A program made the translations under genes and the position numbers. This document shows, piece after piece, positions 1 to 10,156 of a DNA stretch of 64,000 bases. The notes under the pieces are model-generated. The model was given only the letters and a program-made list of their open reading frames with translations, had not been told where the DNA came from and made no database searches. The first letter of the stretch is position 1, and each line of letters starts with the position of its first letter. Source of the DNA: Gemmatimonadota bacterium (GTDB taxonomy: Bacteria > Gemmatimonadota > Gemmatimonadetes > Gemmatimonadales > GWC2-71-9); NCBI GenBank assembly GCA_036679605.1, contig JAZDCZ010000409.1:54560-118559 (forward strand), given 5' to 3'.

Positions 1-455
1 AGCAAGATATCGATCGCTCTGTCGGTCTGGCCGGTGCGGGAGGTGGCGACCGCCCAATGGCGGTACGGTTCGACGCTCTCGGGTGACATCTCGACCCACC
101 TTTCACCCGCGGCAGCAACACTGTCCGGCTGATTGAGCGACGCCCACGTGCGCAGTTCTATCTGGTGCAACAACCGATTCGCCGGGTCGCTCGCAAACAG
201 AGAATCCACAACTGAGATTACCGATTCGAGTTTGCCAAGTCTCGTAAGTACGCGCTCCAACCCCAGGAGTGCTACATCATTGGCTTGCGCTCCCGCCAGT
301 AGTGCGCGATAAGCGTCAGCTGCTTCCTCGTAGCGGCCCCGCCGCTCCAGATCAAGTGCCCGACCTGTCACCACACCCGTCTGAGCAACCGTCACGGTTG
401 CGGCAGTCGACATGAGCATGATGAGACCGATTGATCTATGGACGGCGCGCACCAT
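1..455 (-). CDS. Secreted TPR-repeat protein, runs off the window edge (only the 5' part is present)
   Basis: Manual translation from ATG 455: MVRAVHRSIGLIMLMSTAATVTVAQ (signal-like), then ALDLERRGRYEEAADAYRALL (TPR-like). Frame is open to position 1 and overlaps the end of the upstream gene. Confidence 0.7.
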   Translation of the reverse strand, partial: MVRAVHRSIGLIMLMSTAATVTVAQTGVVTGRALDLERRGRYEEAADAYRALLAGAQANDVALLGLERVLTRLGKLESVISVVDSLFASDPANRLLHQIELRTWASLNQPDSVAAAGERWVEMSPESVEPYRHWAVATSRTGQTDRAIDIL

Positions 456-3400
456 TCAACCGCCGGAAATAGTCCAAAACGAGACGGCGTTCCTGGGGTG
501 ACAAAGAGCGCAGGTCTTCCCATGTGGGATACCGGTACCGCGGGCCAGCGGCGGAGTCGAGGCGTTGCAAGGGTGGTAGCTGAACCGTGTTGGGATCTGC
601 CGTCTCGCTCAGGCGTTCTTCACGCTGATCTTCCTCGTCGCTCCGCAACGTGCGCCCAGCGTCCAGCAGACGTCGGAACAACCGCTCCTGACGTTCGATC
701 GTCTCGCGATCTAGACGAGCCCCTTCGAGTTCTCGTGCGAGATCGTTGGCCTCTTGTGCCAATTCACTTGCACTCGGCACCTGACCTTCAGCCTGCAACC
801 GCTCCATCTCGTTCGCCAGCGAACGCTGCCTCTGCGCCAGCAATTGCATTTGCTGCATCAACTGCTGATCTCCGTTTTGCATGAGAGACAGCATGCCGTT
901 CGTAGCGTTATTCAATTGTCCCTGCTGCTGTGCCATTTGGGCGAGACGTTCCATCGCCTCGCTCAGACCGGAACCGGATTGCGCATTCGCCACATCGGAG
1001 CGGGCGCGGAGCAGTGCATGCGCCAAGGAGTTCAGGCCATCAAGTGCCTCACCTGCCAGTTCGCCGGCTTGTCTAGTGTTCGGGTTTGCACGTTGCAATT
1101 GATCGAGCGCCTGCGACATGCGGAGCTTCGAGAAGCCCAGTGCGGTACCCAACTGCGGAGAGACCAGCGCGTTCTTTCCCGCAGCGCCCTGCAACCGCTC
1201 CAAGAGTTGATCGACACCCGACCGAACAGCGGCTTGTGCGCCGCGAACGTCGCCACCCGACTCGCCGCGATTGAGTCGCTCCATGATCTCCTGCTGCGCC
1301 TGCGCCAGGCTTGCAGTCTCCACTAGCGACCGATCCATTGCGTCCAGAACCTCCTGTCGCCACTCCTGCCGCAATTCATCGCGCTGTTGCCGGAGATCGG
1401 AAGCAAGCGGTTGCAGCGATTGACTAGCAGATTCACCCGATTGCTTCGCCTGTTGACGCTCTCCACTCTGCGCCTGCGCACCAGCCTGTTGCATCTGCCC
1501 GGCCGCCTGCTGTGCACCATCGGCCGCGTTCTGTACACTCTCGTCCGATTTGCCGGACTCGCCCAACTGCTGTCCCAACTCGTCGAGCCGGGCGGCGAGG
1601 GAGTCTGCCTGTTCCGCCAATGCTCTTTCCTGTGCCGCAAGCACACTGTCGGACATCTGCGTATCGGTCGACTCGTTCCACTCGTTCTGACGTTGCGCCA
1701 ACTCCTCAGCATCATCGGCCAGCGTGGTCATCTCTCCTTCCATGGCGGCCCGCTCGAACAATTCCTTGCCCCGTTCCAGTTCATCCCGCAGCTGCTGGGC
1801 AGATTCCGCGAGCTGTTTGAGCGCTTCCCGCACTCGCTCCGCGTCAAGGTTTTCCACCGCATCTCGCAGGGCCTCCAAACGATCCCTTAGCTCATCGGTG
1901 ATAGCTTTGTCGAGGAGATCCCTTATTTCATCTAGTTGCTTGTGGAATTCGGGGTCTGTGAGACCGGCGGCCCACGCCTCCTCAGATAGTTGACGGAGTT
2001 CTTCGGTAAGACTCTTCGCCCGCTTCAGCGCTTGTTCTTGTTTCTGCGAAAGTTCCGTCGCGCGCTCTACGGAATTGAACGGAAGATCGTCGGTTGATTG
2101 TTGTCCCGCTTGCGACGCTTCTGCTTCGGCACCGCGTTGTCGTTCGGCGGCCAGGTCTTGGAGTTCTTGGGTAAGTCGATCTTGTTCACTGAGTAGCGAA
2201 TCGGCCCGCTCGCCGACGGACTGCGACCGGTTTCTAACAGCGTCCCGTAGTTCCGCCATCGACGGCAACCAAAGCAGATACTCGCGGCTCTCGCCCACAT
2301 TCGGCTTGGGTGCGTTGTCACGCGCTCTGACCTTGAAGTGGGCCGTGTCACCTGGGAGAAAGCCCCGCTCGTTGAGATCGAGGACCCACTGAAACACCAC
2401 TCGGTCGGTCGCGTTGCCGGGCAGCGGCAAATTTTCGATAACCTGCTTGCCGGTCACACCTAGCTTGCTGACCCGCCAACTGACAAGCTCTACCTGCGTA
2501 AGCGCGTTGTCATCGTTGGCATCGATCACCAGTGGCTGCTTGAGCGTTAGAGAAACCGTGGTATCAGCTCCGGGAATGGGAACATTGACCACAGGCACAC
2601 CGTCAGGTGCCGCGACCAGGTTCAGCTCCGGAAGTTCTTCCGCCGGCAGCTCGCCCGTTCGGGTTGCTACGCGGAGCTGCCAGCGAGCGCTCCGCGATAC
2701 ACGCAACACGCCACTGAAGAGTTGCCCTTCGCTCGCAAGCGGTACCGACCGCCGGTCGCTCTTCCATTCCGCAGAGCGAACGTCCAGGGTAACGCGGCCC
2801 CGCACAGAGATACTCGTTCCCACGGGCAACTGGATTGGCTCAGGGCCCGCTAACAGCGGCTCGTCGGGCCGCCCAAGGTAGGTGGGATATCGGGCGACGA
2901 GTTGGAGATCGGCCAAGAACGCCGGAAGCAGCACACGAACGTGAACCGTATCTGAGTTTCGGCCGCCGCTGGCAGCATGCAGAAAGAGATCACTGTCGAG
3001 CGGACCCAGGGTGATTTGCGTCTCACCAGCGCTGTCGAGCCTCAAGGATCTCGCGGCCCATGCCTCACCGGGCGCCCTCACCCACAGTGTTGCCACGTTC
3101 CTCCGGGCCGCTGTGAGCGAAACGACAACGCTGTCACCGCGCTCGACCTCGATGCGGTCCACCTCGACTCGTACCGGTCCACGCGAACCAAGCAATGTTG
3201 TGAGAGGATTCCAAAATTGTCGGCTATGACCCGATGTCGGACCGGCTAGGAAGAACATCAGGACTCCGCCAGCCAGGACGCTCGCACCCGTGGTTAGAGA
3301 GCGACCAGCGTGGCGTCTAATGGTACCGAGCGCTCCCAGCCCATTCTCGTGGAGCCAACCAGCGGCCTGTCCGTCGGCAAGATCTGCCAGGCGGGAACTA

Positions 3401-3729
3401 CCAACCTCACGATCCCAATCGGTGATACAGCCGATCGACCCGTGCCTCAAGCCACGACTCACTTCGACCTGGCGAGCCAGCGCCACCGTTTCGGTTTGCT
3501 TGAGCCTGCGACTCACCCAGAGAGCACCCCATACAAGAGCAGCGATGCAGCCCAACCACCCCAACAAAACGAATGCGGGAAACGAGCGATACAGACCGAT
3601 GCGAGCCGCCAGCAAGCCCAGACTCAACGCAGCGAATGCGAGCCCTGTAGTAAGAGACGTACCCGCTGCCAGAACGCGACGTAACAACTCTTTACGTCGT
3701 GCCTCGAGCCACCGTCTAGTCTCAGTCAC
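436..3729 (-). CDS. DUF4175-like membrane-anchored protein with long Gln-rich coiled coil
   Basis: 1097 aa: N-terminal TM helices, Ig-like middle (VRARDN motif), Q/E-rich coiled-coil tail ending DYFRRL; adjacent to DUF4159. Confidence 0.75.
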   Translation of the reverse strand: MTETRRWLEARRKELLRRVLAAGTSLTTGLAFAALSLGLLAARIGLYRSFPAFVLLGWLGCIAALVWGALWVSRRLKQTETVALARQVEVSRGLRHGSIGCITDWDREVGSSRLADLADGQAAGWLHENGLGALGTIRRHAGRSLTTGASVLAGGVLMFFLAGPTSGHSRQFWNPLTTLLGSRGPVRVEVDRIEVERGDSVVVSLTAARRNVATLWVRAPGEAWAARSLRLDSAGETQITLGPLDSDLFLHAASGGRNSDTVHVRVLLPAFLADLQLVARYPTYLGRPDEPLLAGPEPIQLPVGTSISVRGRVTLDVRSAEWKSDRRSVPLASEGQLFSGVLRVSRSARWQLRVATRTGELPAEELPELNLVAAPDGVPVVNVPIPGADTTVSLTLKQPLVIDANDDNALTQVELVSWRVSKLGVTGKQVIENLPLPGNATDRVVFQWVLDLNERGFLPGDTAHFKVRARDNAPKPNVGESREYLLWLPSMAELRDAVRNRSQSVGERADSLLSEQDRLTQELQDLAAERQRGAEAEASQAGQQSTDDLPFNSVERATELSQKQEQALKRAKSLTEELRQLSEEAWAAGLTDPEFHKQLDEIRDLLDKAITDELRDRLEALRDAVENLDAERVREALKQLAESAQQLRDELERGKELFERAAMEGEMTTLADDAEELAQRQNEWNESTDTQMSDSVLAAQERALAEQADSLAARLDELGQQLGESGKSDESVQNAADGAQQAAGQMQQAGAQAQSGERQQAKQSGESASQSLQPLASDLRQQRDELRQEWRQEVLDAMDRSLVETASLAQAQQEIMERLNRGESGGDVRGAQAAVRSGVDQLLERLQGAAGKNALVSPQLGTALGFSKLRMSQALDQLQRANPNTRQAGELAGEALDGLNSLAHALLRARSDVANAQSGSGLSEAMERLAQMAQQQGQLNNATNGMLSLMQNGDQQLMQQMQLLAQRQRSLANEMERLQAEGQVPSASELAQEANDLARELEGARLDRETIERQERLFRRLLDAGRTLRSDEEDQREERLSETADPNTVQLPPLQRLDSAAGPRYRYPTWEDLRSLSPQERRLVLDYFRRLNGARRP

Positions 3730-4394
3730 TGGGTGGCAGTTACGGCATAGACGAACAGGTTGACACCCATCCGAATAGCTGCTTCCCGGACCTCGGGTCG
3801 GTCGTTGTGAACCTCAGCATCTTCCCATCCGTCTCCCAAGTCCGATTGGTATGAATAGAATAGGGCCAGCCGGTCGCTCAGAAAGATACCAAATGCTTGG
3901 GCCGGCAGATCGTCGTGCTCGTGAATCTTGGGTATCCCTTCGGGGAAGTCATAGACAAGGTGGAAAACCGGATGATCGAGTGGAATCTCCTCCAGCGGAT
4001 TATCGGGAAATACTCTGGCGATCTCGCGGCGAAACGACTCGTCCATTCCATAGTTATCGTCGGCGTGGAGGAATCCCCCGCTCTCCAAGTACCTTCGTAG
4101 CGTCGCCGCTTCGGTTTCCGAAAACGTTACGTTCCCGTGTCCGGTCATGTGAATGTAGGGGATCTCCCAGAGGTTGGGATCGGAAAGTTTTACGACTCGT
4201 TCACGCACGTCCGCGTCCAGCGTGGTACGGTTCCGGATTGCGCTCAGGAGATTTGGAATGCTCGACGGATTGGCGTACCAATCACCGCCGCCGCCATACT
4301 GGAGACGGCCAATGGTCAGATCTCTGACGCCCGTTGGGGACGAGCCCAAGAGTGCCACTGCGAGTGCAGCGACGGTCAGGATCCTCTGGTTCAC
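3726..4394 (-). CDS. DUF4159 domain protein
   Basis: Signal peptide; motifs LQYGGGGDWY, MTGHG, GGFLHADDNYG, SDLGDGWED, MGVN. Confidence 0.85.
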   Translation of the reverse strand: MNQRILTVAALAVALLGSSPTGVRDLTIGRLQYGGGGDWYANPSSIPNLLSAIRNRTTLDADVRERVVKLSDPNLWEIPYIHMTGHGNVTFSETEAATLRRYLESGGFLHADDNYGMDESFRREIARVFPDNPLEEIPLDHPVFHLVYDFPEGIPKIHEHDDLPAQAFGIFLSDRLALFYSYQSDLGDGWEDAEVHNDRPEVREAAIRMGVNLFVYAVTATQ

Positions 4395-5200
4395 AGGTCA
4401 GTAATCATTTTGTATGCGTCTCTGCGCGGAATGGCGAAGTCCTCCGCCACCTTGGCCGAGGCGTCCCGCCGACTCACGCCGTGGGAGAGCAGATCGAGCG
4501 CGCGTTGGCGCACCGCCGCTTCATCGACATTGTGTTCCGTTGGTCCGGACCCCGCCACACACACGGTCACCTCGCCCCGTGGTGGGTGCGCTTCGTAGTA
4601 AACCTGCAACTCGAGCAAGGTCCCACGCCTGACCTCCTCGTGCATCTTGGTTAGCTCCCGCGTTACCACCGCGGTCCTGTCCGGTCCGCAAGCCTCAGCA
4701 AGATCTCCTAGCAACCGCACCAAGCGGTTGGCAGCCTCGAAGATGACGGCAGTCCAGCTTAGATTGGCCGCGGTGTCGAGCAATCGGCGGCGGTCGCGTC
4801 CCTTCCTGGGCACGAACCCGAGAAATGTATACCGCCCAGCTGGAAGTCCGGACACGCTGAGTGCCGCAGTTACCGCAGACGGTCCAGGAACGGCAACGAC
4901 CTCCACCCCTTCCGCGAGGGCTCTGGACACCAGGTCCGGACCGGGATCGCTGATCCCGGGGGTACCGGCGTCTGTAAGGAGTGCCACACACTTTCCTTGC
5001 ATGAGGGCGGTGGCCAGCTGCTCGAGCCTGGCAGGTGGTGAATGGGCGTGAAAACTGAAGACCCGGGGTGACGCTCCGATTCGCCCAAGCAGGACGCGGG
5101 CTCGCCTTGTGTCTTCGGCGGCAACGACTTCTACGTCACCTAGGACGGCAATCGCGCGCTCCGACAGATCGCCGAGATTGCCCAGTGGTGTCGCTATCAC
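4391..5200 (-). CDS. rsmI: 16S rRNA (cytidine1402-2'-O)-methyltransferase; true start may lie a few codons upstream
   Basis: IATPLGNLGD, AEDTR, DAGTPGISDPG, PGPSA, RELTKMHEE, RGE. Confidence 0.95.
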   Translation of the reverse strand: MIATPLGNLGDLSERAIAVLGDVEVVAAEDTRRARVLLGRIGASPRVFSFHAHSPPARLEQLATALMQGKCVALLTDAGTPGISDPGPDLVSRALAEGVEVVAVPGPSAVTAALSVSGLPAGRYTFLGFVPRKGRDRRRLLDTAANLSWTAVIFEAANRLVRLLGDLAEACGPDRTAVVTRELTKMHEEVRRGTLLELQVYYEAHPPRGEVTVCVAGSGPTEHNVDEAAVRQRALDLLSHGVSRRDASAKVAEDFAIPRRDAYKMITDL

Positions 5201-5314
5201 GTAGAGCGTTTGAGCCTCTCTTGTGGCTTATGATATTTACCAAAAGCGGCGCGGGACAGATGAACGTCACGCGCCGCTGGCTCGATCTGCTTTCGGGCAT
5301 TGGCCCGTTAGCAG

Positions 5315-5650
5315 TCAACTCAAGTGCTGGTCCAGCTTCTCGATGAGGTACGCTTTGGGTACTGCCCCCACCACCGTCTCTACCAACGCGCCATCTTTGA
5401 ACAGTAAAATGCTCGGAATGGAGCGTACATTGAATTGTGCGGCGATTCTGGGATTGGCGTCGACATCGACTTTGGCAACCTTCACCTTACCCTCATATTC
5501 CTCGGCAATTTGCGCGACGACCGGCGCAATCACTTGGCACGGACCGCACCAAGTAGCCCAGAAATCAACCAACGCTAGTCCCTCATGCTGCTCGACCTCG
5601 TCGGCAAAGGTGTCGTCGCCTACATGGGACAGCAGTTCCATCTCTGCCAT
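5315..5650 (-). CDS. trxA: Thioredoxin
   Basis: VDFWATWCGPC and cis-Pro loop SIP. Confidence 0.97.
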   Translation of the reverse strand: MAEMELLSHVGDDTFADEVEQHEGLALVDFWATWCGPCQVIAPVVAQIAEEYEGKVKVAKVDVDANPRIAAQFNVRSIPSILLFKDGALVETVVGAVPKAYLIEKLDQHLS

Positions 5651-5730
5651 GTTTTACTCCCTCATATTATGTTGTGCCCACCCGGGACCAACCCGGGAGG
5701 CAGTTCAAGATTCCACGCACGGAGCTACCC

Positions 5731-6129
5731 GTGATTCCTTCTGATGCTCGGATCGCCCATATCGGCATCGCAGTAGCCGACCTGGATCAGGCAGCAACGT
5801 TCTACCGCGAGATCTTGGGGCTCGAACCTTCCACTATTGTAACAGCAGACGGCGCCAGAATTGTTTCCTTGAATCTTGGCGGCGTCGAGATCGAACTCCT
5901 AACCTCCGAGGAACCCGAGAGTCCGATAGCCAAGTTCTTGGCCAAACGCGGGCCCGGAATTCACCATATTTGCTATCGCGTGCCCGACCTGGAGCAGACG
6001 CTGAGCCTCTGCCGTGAACATGGCTACCGGCTCGTAGACCAAGCCCCACGACAGGGAGCCTCCGGACACAAAGTGGCCTTCTTACATCCCAAGGCGACAA
6101 ACGGCATCCTGATGGAATTTACCGAATAA
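5731..6129 (+). CDS. mce: Methylmalonyl-CoA epimerase (VOC family)
   Basis: HIGIAV, IELL, KFLAKRGPGIHHI, AFLHPK..NGILME; GTG 5731 follows GGAG. Confidence 0.9.
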   Translation: MIPSDARIAHIGIAVADLDQAATFYREILGLEPSTIVTADGARIVSLNLGGVEIELLTSEEPESPIAKFLAKRGPGIHHICYRVPDLEQTLSLCREHGYRLVDQAPRQGASGHKVAFLHPKATNGILMEFTE

Positions 6130-6167
6130 TCCTTGGTCGCGCAGGACCTGGTTAGCTCTTGTGCGTA

Positions 6168-6650
6168 CTAATCGGTGCCGCAGTGCCGGACTGGATTCCC
6201 TCTCGCCTCCAGATCGATTTCACTAATCAGCCAGCCCCCGCGGTAAGTTATCAGGGTGAACGGTACGACAGGCGTACACCCATTGCGTGTAATTTGGACG
6301 TACACCACCTGTTCGCCCGGTTTGATGCCGAATTTGGGACTCAGCCCTCCGTCAGAGACTATCTGAAATTCTTCGTGCTCCAAATAGACTTTCATTATGG
6401 TGAGCCGTTGTTGCCACACGTCGGCGTCCATTTTCTCTGATGCCGGCCCGCCCTTGGTGCCCCAGAATTCTCCCATGGCCACCAGGCTATTGGCATTCAC
6501 TGCGTTCAAGAACCCACGGACTGTGGCTTCTGGACTGGCCGGTGGGAGCACTGACGAACCGCCGCTGCATGAGACGACCGCCAGCACCGCCATAATCGGT
6601 ATAAGTTGACGGCCTGGTTGCGCAATCTGGGAAATCGTCGTGAATTTCAT
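6168..6650 (-). CDS. Hypothetical lipoprotein
   Basis: Lipobox-like AVVSC; PEATVRGFL...GWLISEIDL pattern resembling small NTF2-like lipoproteins. Confidence 0.65.
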   Translation of the reverse strand: MKFTTISQIAQPGRQLIPIMAVLAVVSCSGGSSVLPPASPEATVRGFLNAVNANSLVAMGEFWGTKGGPASEKMDADVWQQRLTIMKVYLEHEEFQIVSDGGLSPKFGIKPGEQVVYVQITRNGCTPVVPFTLITYRGGWLISEIDLEARGNPVRHCGTD

Positions 6651-6697
6651 CTGCAGCTCAAAGTTATAGCTTTCGAAAATTCAGGGCAAGGATCGGA

Positions 6698-7444
6698 ATG
6701 CGATTATACATCAACGTTGACCATGTAGCCACAATCAGGCAGGCACGGCGGACTGACGAACCAGATCCGGCGGAGGCAGCCGTTCTGTGTGAACGGGCCG
6801 GTGCCGACGGAATTACGATCCACCTAAGGGAGGACCGGCGACACATACAGGATGACGACGTGCGTAGAATCGCCGCAAGCATAGGTACGGTGCTCAACCT
6901 GGAACTGGCGACTGCCGCGGACGTGGTAGCGGTGGCGACCGACATCAAGCCCTACCAGGCTACAGTTGTCCCGGAACGGCGTGAGGAGATCACAACCGAG
7001 GGCGGTCTCGATTTGCCCGCAGCCGGCGATGGGAGGGCCCGTCTCCTGGAGACGATCCAACGACTCGCCGACTCCGGTATTCGAGTCAGCCTGTTCATAG
7101 ATCCGAACATCGAGACAATCGATCGCGCAGCGGAACTAGGGGTTCCCGCCATCGAACTGCACACCGGAGAGTACGCGAACAACTATCGTTCATCCAACGA
7201 GGCGCTCGAGAGGTTGAAGCAAGCAACCGATCACGGCCAGCGAGCCGGTTTGGCCGTACACGCCGGCCACGGCCTGACCTACCGCAACGTCGAGCCCGTA
7301 GCGGCGATCCGCCAGATCGAGGAGCTGAACATTGGTCACAGCATCGTGAGCCGCAGTGTGACGGTCGGTATAGAATCTGCGGTCCGTGAGATGAAGACCC
7401 TGATCGACGGCGTCAGCGTTGACCGTGATCCGGACGGGTCATAA
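6698..7444 (+). CDS. pdxJ: Pyridoxine 5'-phosphate synthase
   Basis: NVDHVATIRQAR, IHLREDRRHI, VPERREEITTEGG, ELHTG, AGHGL, ELNIGHSI. Confidence 0.97.
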   Translation: MRLYINVDHVATIRQARRTDEPDPAEAAVLCERAGADGITIHLREDRRHIQDDDVRRIAASIGTVLNLELATAADVVAVATDIKPYQATVVPERREEITTEGGLDLPAAGDGRARLLETIQRLADSGIRVSLFIDPNIETIDRAAELGVPAIELHTGEYANNYRSSNEALERLKQATDHGQRAGLAVHAGHGLTYRNVEPVAAIRQIEELNIGHSIVSRSVTVGIESAVREMKTLIDGVSVDRDPDGS

Positions 7445-7473
7445 CTTACCAACCCTTTTCTTCCTGCTCTTAG

Positions 7474-9120
7474 ATGAACGAACAGATGGGCCTAATAGAG
7501 TTCTTTGCCATGGAGGCCGCCGACTATCTCGAGCGGCTGGACGGTTTGTTGTCCGGCTCTGCCGAGCCTGACAGCGGCGAGTTCGTTCGGCTCACTCGGG
7601 CCCTGCGTGGTTCCGCCCTCATGGCCAACCAACGGGGAATCGGCGCCGCTTCGGAAGCGTTCGAGGATCTGGCCCGGGCGTTCAAGGAGCAACGCGTCGA
7701 GTGGAACGAGGCTATTAAGCAAACGGCTATTCGGGCGGTAGACGATCTCAAGATTCTGGTGCGCAGTGTGGGCCAGTGGAGCGAAGCCGAAGACGCACAA
7801 GTCGCGAAGCTCGCCGCAACCTTGAAAGGCGCTGCTGGTGGCGCAACTCCGGATGAGCCGTCGCAAGTCGAGACCGGGCTTGATTCCGGCACCCGGGCGT
7901 TCATCGCGAGGGAAGGCGCTTCGGTCGCAAGTGCTCTAAAGGAACTCGGACAAGGTATCCAACAAGGAGCCATAAAGACCGGTCAACTGGACAGCGTTCT
8001 GAGGTCGATGCAGCCGCTCAGGGGTCTGGCGGTGCTGTCAGAACTCTCGCCCATCCCCGAATTGCTTGCTGGTGTGGATCGGGCAGTGAGTGTCGTGTTA
8101 CAGCAGCCCGATCAACCCAACGATACCGCGCTCTTGTTCGACGTGGCGGCTAGAGCCCTGTCGGGCGCCGCCCAGCAGGTCGCGGCGACCGGCGAGCCGA
8201 ACCCCGACTCCCCGGAGGCCGGTGAGTTTGCACGACGCTTACATGAGTTGCTGGACATCGGTGGCGAAATCGTTGACATAGAGTCGCTGTACTATGACGA
8301 TGATGGGCCTCACGTTGTACACGAGGGAATCCAGCCGATCGCTCCGGGACGGCTCGTCGCGTTGGAGTTGGTGGCTCACGGTGAACATCTGAAGCAAGCG
8401 GCGGACGAACTCGAGCGGGCCCAGTGGGATACTCAACGCGAACTGCGGGCGCTGGCGCTGGCCGGGACATTTAGATCGCTAGTTTCGGCGGCCGGTAGCA
8501 CGTTGGCCCCCGCAATGACCGCGTTTACAGAGGCCGCCCACAACGCGGTGCACCGCGGGGTCCCGCTACATCGAACTGCTGGGTTCGTCACTCAATTGCG
8601 CAAGGTCGGAGTCGCACTGACGGGTGCGGCGGAGGGTGAGGAGCTGCGATTGGAGCAGCAGCTATCCGAGGTAACGACCGCACTGGAGGCATTACAGGCA
8701 GCAACGCCTGACGCCGTGGTAGACCACTCCGAAATCGCTCTCGCCGACGGGCCGCCAAGCCGACCGCCTGCCCCATCGGCGGCAGTTTTGAGTCCGACCA
8801 AGTCCGTGGCATCGGAGGCGGGCCCCACTGATCTCGCCGACAGCTGGATTGATTACGAGAACATTTCTAGCTCGCCCGGGCTGGGTGAGCCCTCTCTTGA
8901 AGAACTCCTCTCTGGATCACCGGCCACACCGGACAAAGCCGCCGAGGAAGATCTCGTCGCGATTAACGAGCTGTGCTATTCCGGTTCTGCCGCGATCGGG
9001 AGGGCTCACGACATACGGAGCGAAATCCAAGAAGTCTTAGCGGTAACAGCGATCGACCGGCCGGCTCTCAACGATCTCGTGGAGGAACTCCTAGATCTCG
9101 TCGAACTCGGCCAGCGCTAA
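7474..9120 (+). CDS. Hpt-like helical protein lacking the phosphoacceptor His
   Basis: N-terminus EFFAMEAADYLERLD...LTRALRGSALMA resembles a CheA P1/Hpt domain (AHxLKGxA) with R at the His position. Confidence 0.65.
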   Translation: MNEQMGLIEFFAMEAADYLERLDGLLSGSAEPDSGEFVRLTRALRGSALMANQRGIGAASEAFEDLARAFKEQRVEWNEAIKQTAIRAVDDLKILVRSVGQWSEAEDAQVAKLAATLKGAAGGATPDEPSQVETGLDSGTRAFIAREGASVASALKELGQGIQQGAIKTGQLDSVLRSMQPLRGLAVLSELSPIPELLAGVDRAVSVVLQQPDQPNDTALLFDVAARALSGAAQQVAATGEPNPDSPEAGEFARRLHELLDIGGEIVDIESLYYDDDGPHVVHEGIQPIAPGRLVALELVAHGEHLKQAADELERAQWDTQRELRALALAGTFRSLVSAAGSTLAPAMTAFTEAAHNAVHRGVPLHRTAGFVTQLRKVGVALTGAAEGEELRLEQQLSEVTTALEALQAATPDAVVDHSEIALADGPPSRPPAPSAAVLSPTKSVASEAGPTDLADSWIDYENISSSPGLGEPSLEELLSGSPATPDKAAEEDLVAINELCYSGSAAIGRAHDIRSEIQEVLAVTAIDRPALNDLVEELLDLVELGQR

Positions 9121-10156
9121 TAACACAGGGTCCCGTCGATTCGGCTGGACCGGTGTCATTGGGCTCGTCATCTCCGTCGCACTTCTCTGGTGGACGCTGC
9201 ACGACGTATCGCTTTCCGAGGTCTGGGACCGCGTGCGCGGTGTGCGGGTGTTGCCCTTCTTGGCCGCCATAGCTGCCGCCACTCTCACCTTTCCTTTGCG
9301 CACCGTTCGCTGGCAATACCTTCTGAGGTTTGAGGGCAGCACTCTCCCGCTTGTTCCACTGTGGCATGCAACAGCCATCGGATTCATGGCAACCAACCTG
9401 CTGCCCGCCCGAGCCGGCGAGTTCGCACGAGCCTATGCGGTGCGACACTTGACCGGAGTGCGATTCACCTCGGCGTTCGCATCGATCGCAGTCGAGCGCA
9501 TCATGGACACGGGCACGCTCGTCGCATTCTTGGCGATCGCCACTTGGACAGGGGGCTTTGCATCCGACACCTCCGTCGGCGTTGCCACGCTAGGCCAGCT
9601 TGCACGAGGGGCCGGCATGTTCTTCACTCTACTGTTGGTAATGTCGATTCTAGTGGTGCATTGGCCCGCCCCCACTCTCAGGATCACGAGGACACTGGCT
9701 CACAAGATTCTAGCAGAGTCCTGGGCTGCCCGGATCGTGGATGCCGTGGAAGGTCTGTTGGCGGGACTCGACTCCTTGCGGAGCCCAGGTAGGTTGGCAG
9801 CCGTCGCGTTTTGGTCCCTGGCCGTGTGGCTCACAGGAGCGGCGTCGTTCTGGTTCGGGTTCGTCGCTTTCGGTATCGAGGTGCCATGGTCGGCCGCGTT
9901 CATGCTGCAGTCGATACTGGCATTTGGTGTCGCCCTGCAATTCAGCCCGGGGTTTTTCGGGCAGTACGAGGCCATTACGCGTGTCACGCTCGGGCTCTAT
10001 GGGTTGGGATTGGGCAAGGCAGTGTCATTCGCGGTCGGGTTTCACTTGGGCGGATTCATTCCAATCACACTGCTGGGTCTCTGGTCGCTGTCGCGAGCGC
10101 AGATAAAGATCAGGGAGTTGAGCACCATGGGTAGCACAGAGGATAGTGGTGGATAG
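9095..10156 (+). CDS. Lysylphosphatidylglycerol synthase TM-domain (flippase-like, UPF0104) protein; start uncertain (ATC 9095 or GTG 9233)
   Basis: RTVRWQYLL, GFMATNLLPARAGEFAR, ERIMD, PGFFGQYE; the first TM helix is encoded in frame upstream of 9233. Confidence 0.85.
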   Translation: MSSNSASANNTGSRRFGWTGVIGLVISVALLWWTLHDVSLSEVWDRVRGVRVLPFLAAIAAATLTFPLRTVRWQYLLRFEGSTLPLVPLWHATAIGFMATNLLPARAGEFARAYAVRHLTGVRFTSAFASIAVERIMDTGTLVAFLAIATWTGGFASDTSVGVATLGQLARGAGMFFTLLLVMSILVVHWPAPTLRITRTLAHKILAESWAARIVDAVEGLLAGLDSLRSPGRLAAVAFWSLAVWLTGAASFWFGFVAFGIEVPWSAAFMLQSILAFGVALQFSPGFFGQYEAITRVTLGLYGLGLGKAVSFAVGFHLGGFIPITLLGLWSLSRAQIKIRELSTMGSTEDSGG

